From: an uncultured Holophagales bacterium
GTDB lineage: Bacteria > Acidobacteriota > Thermoanaerobaculia > Multivoradales > UBA5704
NCBI GenBank assembly: GCA_963842525.1
Contig: CAWJGT010000009.1
Span: forward strand, 352,001-416,000
Direction of reading: 5' to 3'
Length of the DNA: 64,000 bases
Every line of letters begins with the position of its first letter. Position 1 is the first letter of the stretch. Of the stretch, positions 30,051 through 41,248 are shown one piece after another. The notes below the pieces were generated by a model that was not told the DNA's origin, made no database searches, and saw nothing but the letters and a program-made list of their open reading frames with translations. The position numbers and the translations under genes were made by a program.

Positions 30051-31055
30051 ATGAAACACCTGGGATCGGTGCTCCTCCTGGCTCTTGCGCTCGGGCTGGT
30101 CGCCTGCCAGCCGCGTGGGCGCGCCGCGAGCGACGCGGACAAGGTGCATGTCGGCATCGTCTTCGATGCCGGCGGCAAGGATGACCGGTCGTTCAATGCC
30201 GCGGCATGGAAAGGGGCCACTCGCGCGGTCAAGGACTTTCCCATCGTGCTGCGCGATGCCGAGCCGGGCGATCCGACGTCGGTCGAGCCCGCGCTGCGCG
30301 CCTTTGCCGAGCGCGGTTATGACCTGGTGATCGGCGTCGGCTTCTCGCAGACCCCGATTGTGACGGCGGTGGGCACGGATTATCCGGAGCTCGACTTCGC
30401 CATCGTCGACGGCGTCACCGAGCTGCCCAATGTGGCTTCGCTCATCTTCAAGGAGCACGAAGGCTCCTATCTGGTCGGCATGATCGCCGCCCGCACGACC
30501 AAGACAGGCGTGCTCGGCTTCGTCGGCGGCATGGACATCCCGCTCATCCACAAGTTCGCGACCGGCTACGAGGAGGGGGTGCACGCGGTCGATCCGAAGT
30601 TCCGGGTGATCCAGAACTACGTCGGCGTCACCGATGCGGCGTGGAACAACCCGGGCAAGGGCAAGGAGCTGTCGGTCGCGCAGATCGGCAAGGGGGCGGA
30701 CGTCATCTTCGCCGCCGCCGGCAACTCGGGGCTCGGCGCCTTCGACGCCGCCGAGCAGTACGACAAGTTCGTCATCGGCGTCGACTCGAACCAGAACTGG
30801 GTCAAGCCCGGCCACGTGCTGACCAGCATGGTCAAGCGGGTCGACAACGCCGTCTACCAGATCATCCGCGACCGGGTGCAGGGCAAATTCAAGGGCGGCA
30901 TCCACGTCTACGGCCTGGAGAACGACGGCATCGGCTACGCAATGGACCAGTACAACGAGAAGCTGATCCCACCCGACGTGATCCGCGAGGTCGAGGCCGC
31001 GAAGCAGAAGATCATCCGCGGCGAGATCAAGGTCACCGACGCGATGGCCAAGTGA
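30051..31055 (+). CDS. BMP-family (nucleoside) ABC substrate-binding lipoprotein
   Basis: Lipobox [24 protein letters not shown] and IGVDSNQ. Confidence 0.93.
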   Translation: MKHLGSVLLLALALGLVACQPRGRAASDADKVHVGIVFDAGGKDDRSFNAAAWKGATRAVKDFPIVLRDAEPGDPTSVEPALRAFAERGYDLVIGVGFSQTPIVTAVGTDYPELDFAIVDGVTELPNVASLIFKEHEGSYLVGMIAARTTKTGVLGFVGGMDIPLIHKFATGYEEGVHAVDPKFRVIQNYVGVTDAAWNNPGKGKELSVAQIGKGADVIFAAAGNSGLGAFDAAEQYDKFVIGVDSNQNWVKPGHVLTSMVKRVDNAVYQIIRDRVQGKFKGGIHVYGLENDGIGYAMDQYNEKLIPPDVIREVEAAKQKIIRGEIKVTDAMAK

Positions 31056-31069
31056 GGAGCCCGCCGACC

Positions 31070-32586
31070 GTGCTCGAGCTCCGCGACATCACCAAACGCT
31101 TCGGCGCCGTGCTCGCCAACGACCGGGTCGGCCTGCGGGTCGAGCCGGGGACGATCCATGCCATCGTCGGCGAGAACGGCGCCGGCAAGTCGACGGCGAT
31201 GCGCATCGCCTACGGCTTCTACGCCGCCGACTCCGGCGAGGTCCTGGTCGACGGCGAGGTGCGGCGGATCGAGTCGCCGCACGACGCGATCCGCCTCGGG
31301 GTCGGCATGGTGCACCAGCACTTCATGCTGGTCGACACCATGACCGTGGCCGAGAACATCGTGCTCGGTGCCGAGCCCGGGAGCGCCGTGGCGCTCGACC
31401 TCGCCGGCGCCGAGGAGCGGGTACGCGCCCTGTCGACCGAGCTCGGCCTCGCCGTGGACCCGCGCGCCCGCATCGAGGACCTCTCGGTCGGCCAGCAGCA
31501 GCGGGTCGAGCTGCTCAAGGCGCTCTACCGCAAGGCGCGACTGCTGATCCTCGACGAGCCGACCGCGGTGCTCACGCCGCAGGAGGTCGGCGAGCTGTTC
31601 GCGATCCTGCGCCGGATGCGTGCGCAGGGGAGCACGGTCGTCATCATCACGCACAAGCTCTCGGAGGTGCTCGAGCTTTCGGACGCTGTGACGGTGATGC
31701 GCGACGGCCGGGTGGTCGGCGGGCTGCAAGACCGCCGACACGAACGCCGACCGAGCTCGCCCGCCTGATGGTGGGCCGCGACGTGCTGCTGCGCGTCGAG
31801 AAGGCGCCGGCCAAGCCCGGCGCGGTCGTCCTCGAGGCGCGCGACCTGGCGGTGACCGCTTCCGACGGCACGCGGCCTCTGGCCGGCGTCTCGTTCGACC
31901 TCCGCGCCGGCGAGATCGTCGGCGTCGCCGGGGTCGAGGGCAACGGCCAGACGGAGCTGGTCGAGGCGCTCGCCGGCCTCGTCGCTCCGCAGCACATCGC
32001 GGGCGCGGTGCGCTTCGAAGGATCGGACCTCGGACGCCTCGACGCCCGCCAGCGCAAGGAGCGGGGGATTGCGCATGTGCCCGAGGACCGCCACCGCCGC
32101 GGCCTGCTGCTCGACTTCGACCTGGCGGAGAACTCGATCCTCGGCGTGCAGCGCCGGCCGCCCGCGGTGTCGGGTCCGGGCGGTGTCTGGCTGGATCAGA
32201 AGGCAATTCGCGAGCGCGCGCAGCGGATCGTACGCGACCTCGACGTCCGGCCGCCGAACCCGGACCTGCCGGCGCGCGCCCTCTCCGGCGGCAACCAGCA
32301 GAAGCTGATCCTCGGCCGCGAGCTCGATCTGCACCCGAAGCTGCTGCTCGTGGCGCAGCCGACGCGCGGGGTCGACATCGGCGCCATCGAGCGCATTCAT
32401 CGTGAGATCGTCGCCCAGCGCGACGCCGGCTGCGCCGTCCTGCTCGTCTCGGCCGAGTTGGAAGAGGTGACGGCGCTCGCCGACCGGCTGCTGGTCTTCC
32501 ACCAGGGGAAGATCGCCGGCGAGGTCGACCCCGCGCAGGCGACGCAAGCCGAGATCGGCCTGCTGATGACCGGAGGCCGTGCATGA
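31070..32586 (+). CDS. Nucleoside/sugar ABC ATP-binding protein, two-domain (frameshift near 31730)
   Basis: [24 protein letters not shown]; second half GVEGNGQ and LSGGNQQK. Confidence 0.92.
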
Positions 32587-33663
32587 AGAACATCAGGAAG
32601 TTACTGCGCCCGATCGCCGTCCCGCTGCTCGCCATCGCCGCGGCCTTCCTCGTCGGCGCGATCTTCATCGCCGCCGTCGGGGACAACCCGTTGGAGACCT
32701 ACGGCCTGCTGATCGGCAGCGCCCTCTCCTGGCCGGACGGCATCGGCTACACGCTCTTCTACGCCACGCCGCTCATCTTCACGGGCCTGGCAGTGGCGGT
32801 TGCATTGCGCTGCGGCCTGCTCAACATCGGCGCGGAAGGGCAGCTCGTGATGGCGAGCGTTCGCCGCCGCGTGGGCCGGGATCACCTTCGCCGGCCTGCC
32901 GGCCCTGGCTCTGGTCCCGCTCTGCATGCTGGCGGCGGTCTTCGCGGGGGGAGCCTGGGCCGCGGTGCCGGGCGTGCTGCGGGCGCGCTTCGGCGCGCAC
33001 GAGGTCATCACCACGATCATGATGAACTTCATCGCCGCCGGCCTCGCCAGCTATTTCACCCAGTACCACTACAAGGAGCCGGGCGACGCGATCCTGGAGA
33101 CGGCCCCGATCGCCGAGGGGGCCCGCATCGCGCGGCTCGGCCGGTTCGTGCCGGGCTTTCCCGAGCGGATCCCGCTGAACGTCACGTTCCTGCTCGCGCT
33201 CGCCGCCTGCGTCCTGGTCTGGATCTTCCTCTGGCGGACGCGCTGGGGGTACGAGATCCGCGCCACCGGCGCCAATCCGTCGGCGGCCGAGTACGGCGGC
33301 ATCTCGATCGGGCGGCAGATCGTGCTGGCCATGGCCGTCTCGGGAGCGCTCGCCGGCATGGTGGGGATCAACGAGGTCATGGGCTACCGCTACCGCTACT
33401 ACGACGGGTTCTCGGCCGGCTACGGCTTCACCGGCATCGCCGTCGCCCTGCTCGGCCGCAACCATCCGGTGGGCGTGCTGCTGGGGGCCCTGCTCTTCGG
33501 CGCCTTCCTGCGCGGCGGCCTGTTCGTGGACATCTTCACCGAGCACGTGTCGAAGGACCTGGTGCTGGTGCTCCAGGCGGTGATCATCCTGTTCGTGGCG
33601 GCGGAGGCGCTCTTCCGCGGGCCGTTCGGCCGCTTCGGCCTGCTCAAGCGCTCGAAGATCTGA
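32583..33663 (+). CDS. Nucleoside ABC permease 1 (frameshift near 32860)
   Basis: [29 protein letters not shown] and [15 protein letters not shown]. Confidence 0.9.
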
Positions 33664-33683
33664 GAAGAGAGGGTTCTGGAGCA

Positions 33684-34556
33684 ATGGCGGACATCTTCAA
33701 GATCGCGCTGCTCTTCTCCACGATCCGGCTGGCGACGCCCCTGCTGCTCGCGGCCCTGGGCGGCCTCTATTCCGAGCGCGCGGGCGTCATCAATATCGGC
33801 CTGGAGGGGATGATGCTCGCCGGGGCGTTCACCGCCGCGGTGGTGACGCACTTCTCGGGCAGTCCCTGGATCGGGCTTGCCGCGGCCGTGGCGGCAGGCC
33901 TTGCCACTGCGCTCATCCATGCGATTGTCTGCATCCATGGCCGCGCCGACCAGGTGGTCAGCGGCACGGCGATCAACATCCTGTTCCTCGGCCTGCCGGC
34001 GCTGCTCTCGGGCGCGCTGTTCGATTCGACCGGGGCGACGCCGCAGATCCCGCAGCAGGACCTGCTGCCGTGGACGCCGATCGTCCTTGCCTTCGGCCTC
34101 GTGCCGGTTACCTGGTACGTCCTGAACCGCACCCGCTTCGGGCTGCGCCTGCGTGCCGTGGGAGAGAACCCGGAGGCGGCCGATACCGCCGGGATCGACA
34201 TCCTGAAGGTCCGCTACGCCGGCGTCCTCCTCTCGGGCGCGCTGGCGGCGCTCGGCGGCGCCTACCTGTCGATCGGCCAGTCGTCGCTCTTCACGCGCAA
34301 CATGACGGCCGGCCGCGGGTTCATCGCTCTCGCCGCCCTGATCTTCGGCAAGTGGCGGCCGGTGCAGACGATGCTCGCCTGCCTCCTGTTCGGGCTCGCC
34401 GAGGCGGTCTCGATCCAGATGCAGGGAGTCGCGCCGATCCCCGTCGAGTTCATCCAGATCATCCCCTACGTGCTGACCCTCGTGGTGCTGGCCGGCTTCA
34501 TCGGGCGCTCCCGGCCGCCGCGCGCTCTGGGGCAGCCTTACGAGAAAAAGAGATGA
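33684..34556 (+). CDS. Nucleoside ABC permease 2
   Basis: SERAGVINIGLEGMML, GENPEAADTAG and GRGFIALAALIFGKW. Confidence 0.92.
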   Translation: MADIFKIALLFSTIRLATPLLLAALGGLYSERAGVINIGLEGMMLAGAFTAAVVTHFSGSPWIGLAAAVAAGLATALIHAIVCIHGRADQVVSGTAINILFLGLPALLSGALFDSTGATPQIPQQDLLPWTPIVLAFGLVPVTWYVLNRTRFGLRLRAVGENPEAADTAGIDILKVRYAGVLLSGALAALGGAYLSIGQSSLFTRNMTAGRGFIALAALIFGKWRPVQTMLACLLFGLAEAVSIQMQGVAPIPVEFIQIIPYVLTLVVLAGFIGRSRPPRALGQPYEKKR

Positions 34557-36469
34557 GGTCTATGCCTTCTCTACGCTCTCTGCCGCTCCTCCTGGTCCTC
34601 CTGCTCCCTCTGGTTACCGCTCCGTCCGCCTTCGCGGCCGACGACGAGCTGGCGGCGCTGGTCTCCCGCATGGCCCGCATCGGGTCGTGCAACTCGCCGA
34701 GCTTCGCGCCCGACGGCAAGCGCCTCGCGGTGGTCTGCAACCTGAGCGGCCTGCCGCAGGTGTGGGTCGTGTCCACCGCGGGCGGCTGGCCGTCCCAGGT
34801 CACGGCGCTCGACGACCAGGTCACCGGCGTCGACTGGTCGCCCAAGGAGCCGGACGTCCTCGCCTTCTCTCTCGCTCCCGGCGGAGGCTTGAACGAGCAG
34901 GTCTACGTCGTGCGGCCCGACGGGCTGGCGCTCCAGCGCATCACCGAGGGGGGGAAGGTCAACAACCAGCTCGCGGGCTGGACCTCCGACGGCCGCTTCC
35001 TGCGGCTGGGCTCGAATCGCGCCAATCCCGGATCGCTCGACTCCTACCTGTTTGACCTGCCGCGCGGCCGGCTGCGGCTGGTCGCGGTCAACCCCGGCGT
35101 CGGCGGTCTGGCCGACGTCAGCCGCGACGGCAAGTGGGGGCTGGTCAACCGGGTCAAGAGCCGCGGCGACAGCAACCTCTACCTGGTCGGCATCGAGGAG
35201 AGGGGAGAAACGCTGCTCACCCCGCACGAGCCGCCCGGGACGTTCGGCGGCGGCGTCTTCTCGCCGGACGGCCGGACGGTCTACCTCGTGTCGAACAAGG
35301 ACCGCGACCGCGTCGCCTTCGCCCGGGTGCGCCTCGACGGCGCCGGCAAGCCCGGGCCGATCGAGGTGGTTGCCGGCCGCGACGACGCCGAGCTGGACAA
35401 CTTCGAGATCACCGAGGACGGCAAGACCGCCGTTCTGGTTTGGAATGTCGCCGGCCGCTCCGAGCTGGCCTTCCTCGACCTCCTCGATCCCGAAACGGGG
35501 AAGGAGACCCCGGGCCCGAAGCTCCCTGGCGACCTGGTGGGCGGCCTCGACTTCTCCGCGGACGGCAGCCAGCTCGCCCTGGTTGTCTCGGGCTCGACCC
35601 GGCCGGCGGACGTCTGGGTGCTCGACCGGACCTCCGGCGAGATCCGGCAGGTGACCTTCAGCCCGCACGCCGGCGTGGCCCTCGAAACCCTCGTCGCGCC
35701 GGAGCTCGTCGAGTTCGCCGCGCCGGACGGCATCCAGCTCTCGGGCTGGCTCTACCGCGCGGCTGGCAAGGACCAGCCCGGACCGGTGGTCCTCAGCTTC
35801 CACGGCGGCCCCGAGGGGCAGGAGCGCCCGTCCTTCAACTCGACCTACCAGGCCCTGCTGGCGCGCGGCATCTCGGTCTTCGCCCCCAACGTGCGCGGCT
35901 CGTCCGGCTTCGGCAAGAAGTTCGTCAACCTGGACAACGGCGCGTTGCGGGTGGGCTCCGTCAAGGACATCAAGGCCTGCGTCGACTACCTGGTCCAGGA
36001 GAAGGTCGCCGACCCGAAGCGGGTCGGCATCATGGGCGGCTCCTACGGCGGCTACATGACCATGGCCGGGCTGGCCGAATACCCCGACAGCTTCGCAGCC
36101 GGGGCCAATCTTTTCGGAGTCGTGAACTTCGAGACCTTCTTCTCCCACACCGAGCCCTGGATGGCAGCCATCTCGACCATCGAATACGGCGATCCGGCGA
36201 CCCAGAAGGACATGCTGCGCGACCTGTCGCCCATCCACAAGGTGGACCGCGTCAAGGCCCCGACCCTTGTCCTTCACGGCGCCAACGACACCAACGTGCC
36301 GGTCGTCGAGGCCGAGCAGGTGGTCGACAGCCTCAAGAAGAGAGGGGTCCCGGTCGAATACGTCCTCTTCCCGGACGAGGGGCACGGGTTTCGCAAGACG
36401 CCCAACCGAGTCCGCTCGACCGTGGCGGTCGTGGAATGGTTCGACCGCTACCTGAATGCAGGGAAATAG
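34553..36469 (+). CDS. Secreted S9 family peptidase (prolyl oligopeptidase/acylaminoacyl peptidase)
   Basis: Signal peptide, beta-propeller, HGGPE, GGSYGG, HGANDTNV and DEGHGF. Confidence 0.93.
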   Translation: MRSMPSLRSLPLLLVLLLPLVTAPSAFAADDELAALVSRMARIGSCNSPSFAPDGKRLAVVCNLSGLPQVWVVSTAGGWPSQVTALDDQVTGVDWSPKEPDVLAFSLAPGGGLNEQVYVVRPDGLALQRITEGGKVNNQLAGWTSDGRFLRLGSNRANPGSLDSYLFDLPRGRLRLVAVNPGVGGLADVSRDGKWGLVNRVKSRGDSNLYLVGIEERGETLLTPHEPPGTFGGGVFSPDGRTVYLVSNKDRDRVAFARVRLDGAGKPGPIEVVAGRDDAELDNFEITEDGKTAVLVWNVAGRSELAFLDLLDPETGKETPGPKLPGDLVGGLDFSADGSQLALVVSGSTRPADVWVLDRTSGEIRQVTFSPHAGVALETLVAPELVEFAAPDGIQLSGWLYRAAGKDQPGPVVLSFHGGPEGQERPSFNSTYQALLARGISVFAPNVRGSSGFGKKFVNLDNGALRVGSVKDIKACVDYLVQEKVADPKRVGIMGGSYGGYMTMAGLAEYPDSFAAGANLFGVVNFETFFSHTEPWMAAISTIEYGDPATQKDMLRDLSPIHKVDRVKAPTLVLHGANDTNVPVVEAEQVVDSLKKRGVPVEYVLFPDEGHGFRKTPNRVRSTVAVVEWFDRYLNAGK

Positions 36470-36493
36470 ACGACTTTCGATATACTGAACGAG

Positions 36494-37975
36494 ATGCCGC
36501 TGCCGGTCTGGAGAAAGCTCCTCGTCCCCCTCGCCCTGGCGGCGTTGCTGCTGCCGCTGGGGCCGGCGCCTGCGGCCATTCCCGAGATCTCCGCAGCGGT
36601 TCCAGCACCTGCGGCCGGGCCGAGTCTGCTGGAGCGTGCTCTCGACGTCGAGCTGAGGAGTGCCCTGCGGGTCACGGCCGCTCTCGGCGTCCACATCGTG
36701 GAGATGGACAGCGGCGAGACCGTCTTCGCCTACAACCCCGACGAGCCGCGGGTCATCGCCTCCAACACCAAGCTGTTCACCACGGCGGCGGCGCTCGACG
36801 CGCTGGGGCCGGGCTACTTCTTCGAGACGCGTTTCCTGCTCCGCGGCCGAGCCAGAGGGGATGTGCTCGACGGCGATCTGGGTGTCGTCGGGGGAGGCGA
36901 TCCGCATATCTCCGGCCGCGACTATGCCGGCGACTCGTACGCGGCGTTCCGTCCCTGGGCGCGGGAGCTGCGGGCGCGTGGCATCCGCCGGGTGCAGGGG
37001 GACATCTACCTGGCGGACGGCTGGTTCAAGGGGCCTCTCATCCATCCCGACTGGCCGCGCGATCAGCTCACCAGTTGGTACGAGGCGCCGGTCGGCGCGC
37101 TCTCGTTCAACGACGACTGCATTCTGGTGCGGGTCTGGCCGGGCCGGTCGGGCGGCGCGGCCAAGGTCGAGCTGGTGCCGAACGTGCCGATCCTGCGGAT
37201 CGAGAATTCGGCCCGCACGGTGGCCCGCGGCGGCAACATCGTCATCCACCGGACCGACGACCGGCTGATCGTGCGCGGCACGATCGGCGTGAATTCGGGG
37301 CCCGCCGAGACCTGGGTGACGATCCCCGATCCGGCGACCTATTTCGGCGAAGGGCTGCGGGCGGCGCTGCGCGAGGAGGGGGTGGAGGCGGCCGGCCGGC
37401 TGCGTCCGGTGCCGCAGCTCCCCGGGGCGATCTGGGAGCGGGTGGCGGTGCACCGGAGCGACCTGCTGTCCGTGCTCACGGTGACCAACAAGCGGAGCCA
37501 GAACTTCTACGCCGAGATGCTTGCCAAGCAGCTCGGAGCGCTGCGCTGCCTCGAGGGGAGCTGGCCGCAGGGGGTGCGCGCCATCAGCGAGTTCCTCACC
37601 GGCATCGGCATCCCGGCGGGCGCCTTCCGGATGTCCGACGGCTCAGGGATGAGCCGCAACAACCTGTTCGCGCCGCGCCATCTGACCACGCTGCTGCGCC
37701 ACATGTTCTTCCATCCGGCCGGCCGGGAGTTCGCGCAGACGCTTCCCTACGCGGGCGAGGACATGGGGTCGTGGAAGCGGCGGATGTCGGCGCCGCCCTA
37801 CCGCGGCAACGTCTTCGCCAAGACGGGCACGCTCAACAGCGTCTCGGCCCTGTCCGGCTACGCCAAGGCGGTGTCGGGCAAGTCCTACGCCTTCTCGATC
37901 CTGCTCAACCGCACCGCCGGAGACGCCCGGGCGGCGCAGGACCGGATCGTCATGGCGTTGATCGATCACGGGTAG
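36494..37975 (+). CDS. dacB: D-alanyl-D-alanine carboxypeptidase/endopeptidase (PBP4, S13)
   Basis: ASNTK (SxxK), SQN (SxN), DGSG and KTG motifs. Confidence 0.93.
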   Translation: MPLPVWRKLLVPLALAALLLPLGPAPAAIPEISAAVPAPAAGPSLLERALDVELRSALRVTAALGVHIVEMDSGETVFAYNPDEPRVIASNTKLFTTAAALDALGPGYFFETRFLLRGRARGDVLDGDLGVVGGGDPHISGRDYAGDSYAAFRPWARELRARGIRRVQGDIYLADGWFKGPLIHPDWPRDQLTSWYEAPVGALSFNDDCILVRVWPGRSGGAAKVELVPNVPILRIENSARTVARGGNIVIHRTDDRLIVRGTIGVNSGPAETWVTIPDPATYFGEGLRAALREEGVEAAGRLRPVPQLPGAIWERVAVHRSDLLSVLTVTNKRSQNFYAEMLAKQLGALRCLEGSWPQGVRAISEFLTGIGIPAGAFRMSDGSGMSRNNLFAPRHLTTLLRHMFFHPAGREFAQTLPYAGEDMGSWKRRMSAPPYRGNVFAKTGTLNSVSALSGYAKAVSGKSYAFSILLNRTAGDARAAQDRIVMALIDHG

Positions 37976-38033
37976 CCCCCACTCCTGGGGCCACCTGAGC
38001 TGCGATATCCTTGAGCCAGAAGGAGACCACCTT

Positions 38034-39320
38034 TTGATCACGTCCGAGGTGCGCCCGGTCAACTACCGGGGACTGATGAAGAAGGTCGAGCAGGTGGTGG
38101 CGGCCATGGAACGGGCCGAGGACCTGGGCACCACGATCCATTCGCTGCTCGAGATCATCATCAACAAGTTCCGCGACGAGCTCGGGATCTATGGCGGCCG
38201 GCTCTACCAGCGGCGGGGGAACGCCTATGTGCTGCAGGCGATCTTCGGCGACGCCAAGGAGGCGCCGCGGGGCCTCAAGGTCCCCCTCACCTACCCGCCG
38301 ATCCAGCTCGTCCTCGAAGAGGGCTCCGTCTACATGGGGGCCGACGACCCGCGCATGGATCCGAGCTTCGAGAGCCTGATCGGCGTCCGCAGCTACGCGG
38401 CGATCGAGGTGGGGGACGAGGAGTACATCCTGGCCTTCGACGTGGCCTCCGACGACCGGGGGGACGACATCCTCTTCTCGCTGGGCATCCTGCGCCACAG
38501 CATCAACCAGAAGATCCGGCGCGACCGGATGGAGGGGATCTTCGCCGAGGCGCGGAAGATCCAGGCGTCGATCCTGCCGAAGCGGGCGCCGGCCTTCGGC
38601 GACTTCGACTTCGCCGGCCGCTCCGAGCCCATGGAGGCGGTGGGCGGCGACTTCTTCGATTTCATCCCGGTGACCGACAAGATCCTCGGGCTTGCCATGG
38701 CCGACGTCTCGGGGCACGGCCTGCCCGCGGCCCTCCAGGTGCGCGACATCTACATGGGGCTGCGCATGGGCCTGGCGCGCGACTTCAAGATCGTGCGCAC
38801 GGTGGAGCGGATGAACAACATCATCCACCAGAGCACGCTGACCAGCCGTTTCGTGTCGATGTTCTACGGCGAGCTGGAGCTCAACGGCGTTTTCATCTAC
38901 GTCAACGCCGGCCATCCGCCGCCGTTCCACGTGGCCGCCGACGGCACCGTGCGCCACATGGAGGAGGGGGGGCCGGTGCTGGGGCCGCTGCCGGGAGCTA
39001 GCTACGAGCGCGGCTTCGTGATCATGAAGCCGGGCGACATGCTGGTCTTCTACACGGACGGCATCTGCGAGACGCGCGGGCGGGAGCGTGAGGGCGAGCC
39101 TCTGGAGGAATACGGCGTGGAGCGCCTGCTGGAGATCGCCCGCAAGTGCCTGGGCCGGCCCGCCCAGGAGGTGGTCGACACCGTCTTCGCCAGCGTCGAG
39201 GCCTTCAGCGACGGCGCGCCGGCCGACGACGACCGCACGGTCATGGTGGTGACCTATCCCACGTCGGCGGGCGACCTCCAGTCCACGCGGGCCTTTCCGC
39301 GGCCGCCCGGGATCCGGTAG
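38034..39320 (+). CDS. PP2C/SpoIIE-family phosphatase (RsbU-like) with N-terminal GAF-like domain
   Basis: VGGDFFD, ADVSGHG, NAGHPPP, YTDG and DDRT. Confidence 0.9.
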   Translation: MITSEVRPVNYRGLMKKVEQVVAAMERAEDLGTTIHSLLEIIINKFRDELGIYGGRLYQRRGNAYVLQAIFGDAKEAPRGLKVPLTYPPIQLVLEEGSVYMGADDPRMDPSFESLIGVRSYAAIEVGDEEYILAFDVASDDRGDDILFSLGILRHSINQKIRRDRMEGIFAEARKIQASILPKRAPAFGDFDFAGRSEPMEAVGGDFFDFIPVTDKILGLAMADVSGHGLPAALQVRDIYMGLRMGLARDFKIVRTVERMNNIIHQSTLTSRFVSMFYGELELNGVFIYVNAGHPPPFHVAADGTVRHMEEGGPVLGPLPGASYERGFVIMKPGDMLVFYTDGICETRGREREGEPLEEYGVERLLEIARKCLGRPAQEVVDTVFASVEAFSDGAPADDDRTVMVVTYPTSAGDLQSTRAFPRPPGIR

Positions 39321-39377
39321 GACCCCCCGGTAGGGTCCTCACCTCTGAGGTATCATCTCCCCTCCAAGGAGGACTTC

Positions 39378-40187
39378 ATGAAAGCACTTCAGAGATTTGT
39401 CACACTCTTCACCCTGCTCGCCGTCGCCGCGGTGCCGTGCTTCGCGGGCGTCCACTACAAGTCCACCACCAAGACCCAGGACGGCACCGGCAAGGCCAGC
39501 AACATGGAGGTCGAAGGCTGGGTCGCCGGCGAGAAGGCGCGCGTCGAATTCAAGGAGGCCGGCGGCAACCCGGTCGCCAAGGAAGGCGCCTTCCTGATCA
39601 CCCGGGACGGCGGCAAGACCGTCTATTTCGTCGATCCGGAGGAGAAGACCTACGCCGTGTGGGACCTGAGCGCCATGCTCGGCGTCGCCGGGGCGGTCAT
39701 GAAGGGCATGGGGCCGTTGCTCAAGTTCGAGTTCACCACGCCCAAGGTCGAAAAGCTTCTCGAAGAGGACGGCGGCACCCTGCTGGGCATGCCGACCAAG
39801 CACTACAAGTACCGCACCAGCTACACCATGAAGATGAAGGTGTTCGGCATGGCCAACGATGCCGACATCGTCAACGAGCAGGACATCTGGGCCACCGAGA
39901 AGCTGCAGGACGCCGCGCTCGGCGTATGGCTGCGGTCGGAGCCGCCGCGCACCGGCAACGAGCAGCTCGACAAGCTGATCTCCTCCGAGATGGGCAAGGT
40001 CCAGGGCTTTCCGCTGAAGACCGTCACGGTCAGCACGACGACCCAGAAGAAGAACAACAAGCAGACCGTCACCCGCAGCACCATGGAGGTGACGCAGCTC
40101 GAAACCGCCACCCCCGCGGCCGCCTCCTTCGAGATCCCCGCCGGCTACAAGGAGACGCAGCTCCTCCCCATGCAGGGCGGACGATGA
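39378..40187 (+). CDS. Secreted DUF4412-like protein
   Basis: Signal peptide, beta-rich sequence, GFPLK and C-terminal FEIPAGYK; SD AAGGAGG. Confidence 0.7.
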   Translation: MKALQRFVTLFTLLAVAAVPCFAGVHYKSTTKTQDGTGKASNMEVEGWVAGEKARVEFKEAGGNPVAKEGAFLITRDGGKTVYFVDPEEKTYAVWDLSAMLGVAGAVMKGMGPLLKFEFTTPKVEKLLEEDGGTLLGMPTKHYKYRTSYTMKMKVFGMANDADIVNEQDIWATEKLQDAALGVWLRSEPPRTGNEQLDKLISSEMGKVQGFPLKTVTVSTTTQKKNNKQTVTRSTMEVTQLETATPAAASFEIPAGYKETQLLPMQGGR

Positions 40188-40220
40188 GGCGATTGCACAA
40201 GAATTCAGGAGCCAGAGACC

Positions 40221-40697
40221 ATGCATCGTACTGTCCTTTTTGTCCTTGCCGTCCTTGCCGTCCTTGCGGCGGTCGCCACCCCCTCCCAAGCCGCTGACAC
40301 CTACGGCAGCGGCGTCACCCTGCCGGAGGCCACTCCGATCGAGAAGATCCTCGCCGACCCTGACTCCTACGTGGGCAAGCGGGTGCGGATCGAGGGCCAG
40401 GTCATGGACATCTGTCCCATGAAGGGCTGCTGGATGGAGCTCGCCGAGGAGAAGGGCGGCGCCGCCAGCATCCGCGTCAAGGTCGACGACGATGTGATCG
40501 TCTTCCCGGCGACTGCCAAGGGGAAGATCGCCGCGGCGGAAGGGACGGTCGAGGCGATCCCGATGACGCGGGAGCAATACGTCGGCTGGCTGGAGCACCT
40601 GGCGGAGGAGCGCGGCCAGAAGTTCGATGCCGCGGGCGTGGGCGAAGGGCCGTTCCGCATCCTCCAGATCCGAGGCGAAGGCGCCCGCATCGAATGA
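40221..40697 (+). CDS. Secreted DUF4920-like OB-fold protein
   Basis: Signal peptide and GQVMDICPMKGCWM motif. Confidence 0.75.
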   Translation: MHRTVLFVLAVLAVLAAVATPSQAADTYGSGVTLPEATPIEKILADPDSYVGKRVRIEGQVMDICPMKGCWMELAEEKGGAASIRVKVDDDVIVFPATAKGKIAAAEGTVEAIPMTREQYVGWLEHLAEERGQKFDAAGVGEGPFRILQIRGEGARIE

Positions 40698-41248
40698 GCG
40701 GGCGGGAGCGCAAGGGCGGCGAGCGCCTGGAGAGCCGGGAGGTTTTCCGCGGGCGCACGATCCAGTTGGATGTGGAGAAGGTGCGCTTGCCGAACGGCAA
40801 GGTGATGGACTTCGAGATGGCCCATCACCCGGGCGCCGCCGCCGTGGTGCCCGTCCTCCCGGACGGCGACGTGCTGCTCATCCGCCAGTACCGGTACGCG
40901 ACCGGAGGCTGGCTGCTGGAGGTGCCGGCCGGCAAGCTCGACCGCGGCGAGGCGCCGGAGGCCTGCGCTGCCCGCGAGACCGAAGAGGAGACCGGATACC
41001 GGCCGGGCGAGTTGCGCCCGCTCGGCTGGATCTGGACCAGCCCCGGCTTCCTCGACGAGAAGATCTGGCTCTTCCTCGCCACCGGCTGCCAGCCCACGCA
41101 GCAGCAGCTCGGGGACGACGAGGTGCTGGAGATCGAGCGCATGCCGGTCCGCGAAGCGATCGACAAGGCGTTGCGCGGCGAGATCCACGACGCGAAGTCC
41201 GCCATCGCGCTGCTGCGGGCGGCAAGATACCTGGATGGCCGGCCTTGA
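40694..41248 (+). CDS. NUDIX hydrolase (ADP-ribose pyrophosphatase-like)
   Basis: HPGAAAV, QYRY, and Nudix box PAGKLDRGEAPEACAARETEEETG. Confidence 0.92.
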   Translation: MSGRERKGGERLESREVFRGRTIQLDVEKVRLPNGKVMDFEMAHHPGAAAVVPVLPDGDVLLIRQYRYATGGWLLEVPAGKLDRGEAPEACAARETEEETGYRPGELRPLGWIWTSPGFLDEKIWLFLATGCQPTQQQLGDDEVLEIERMPVREAIDKALRGEIHDAKSAIALLRAARYLDGRP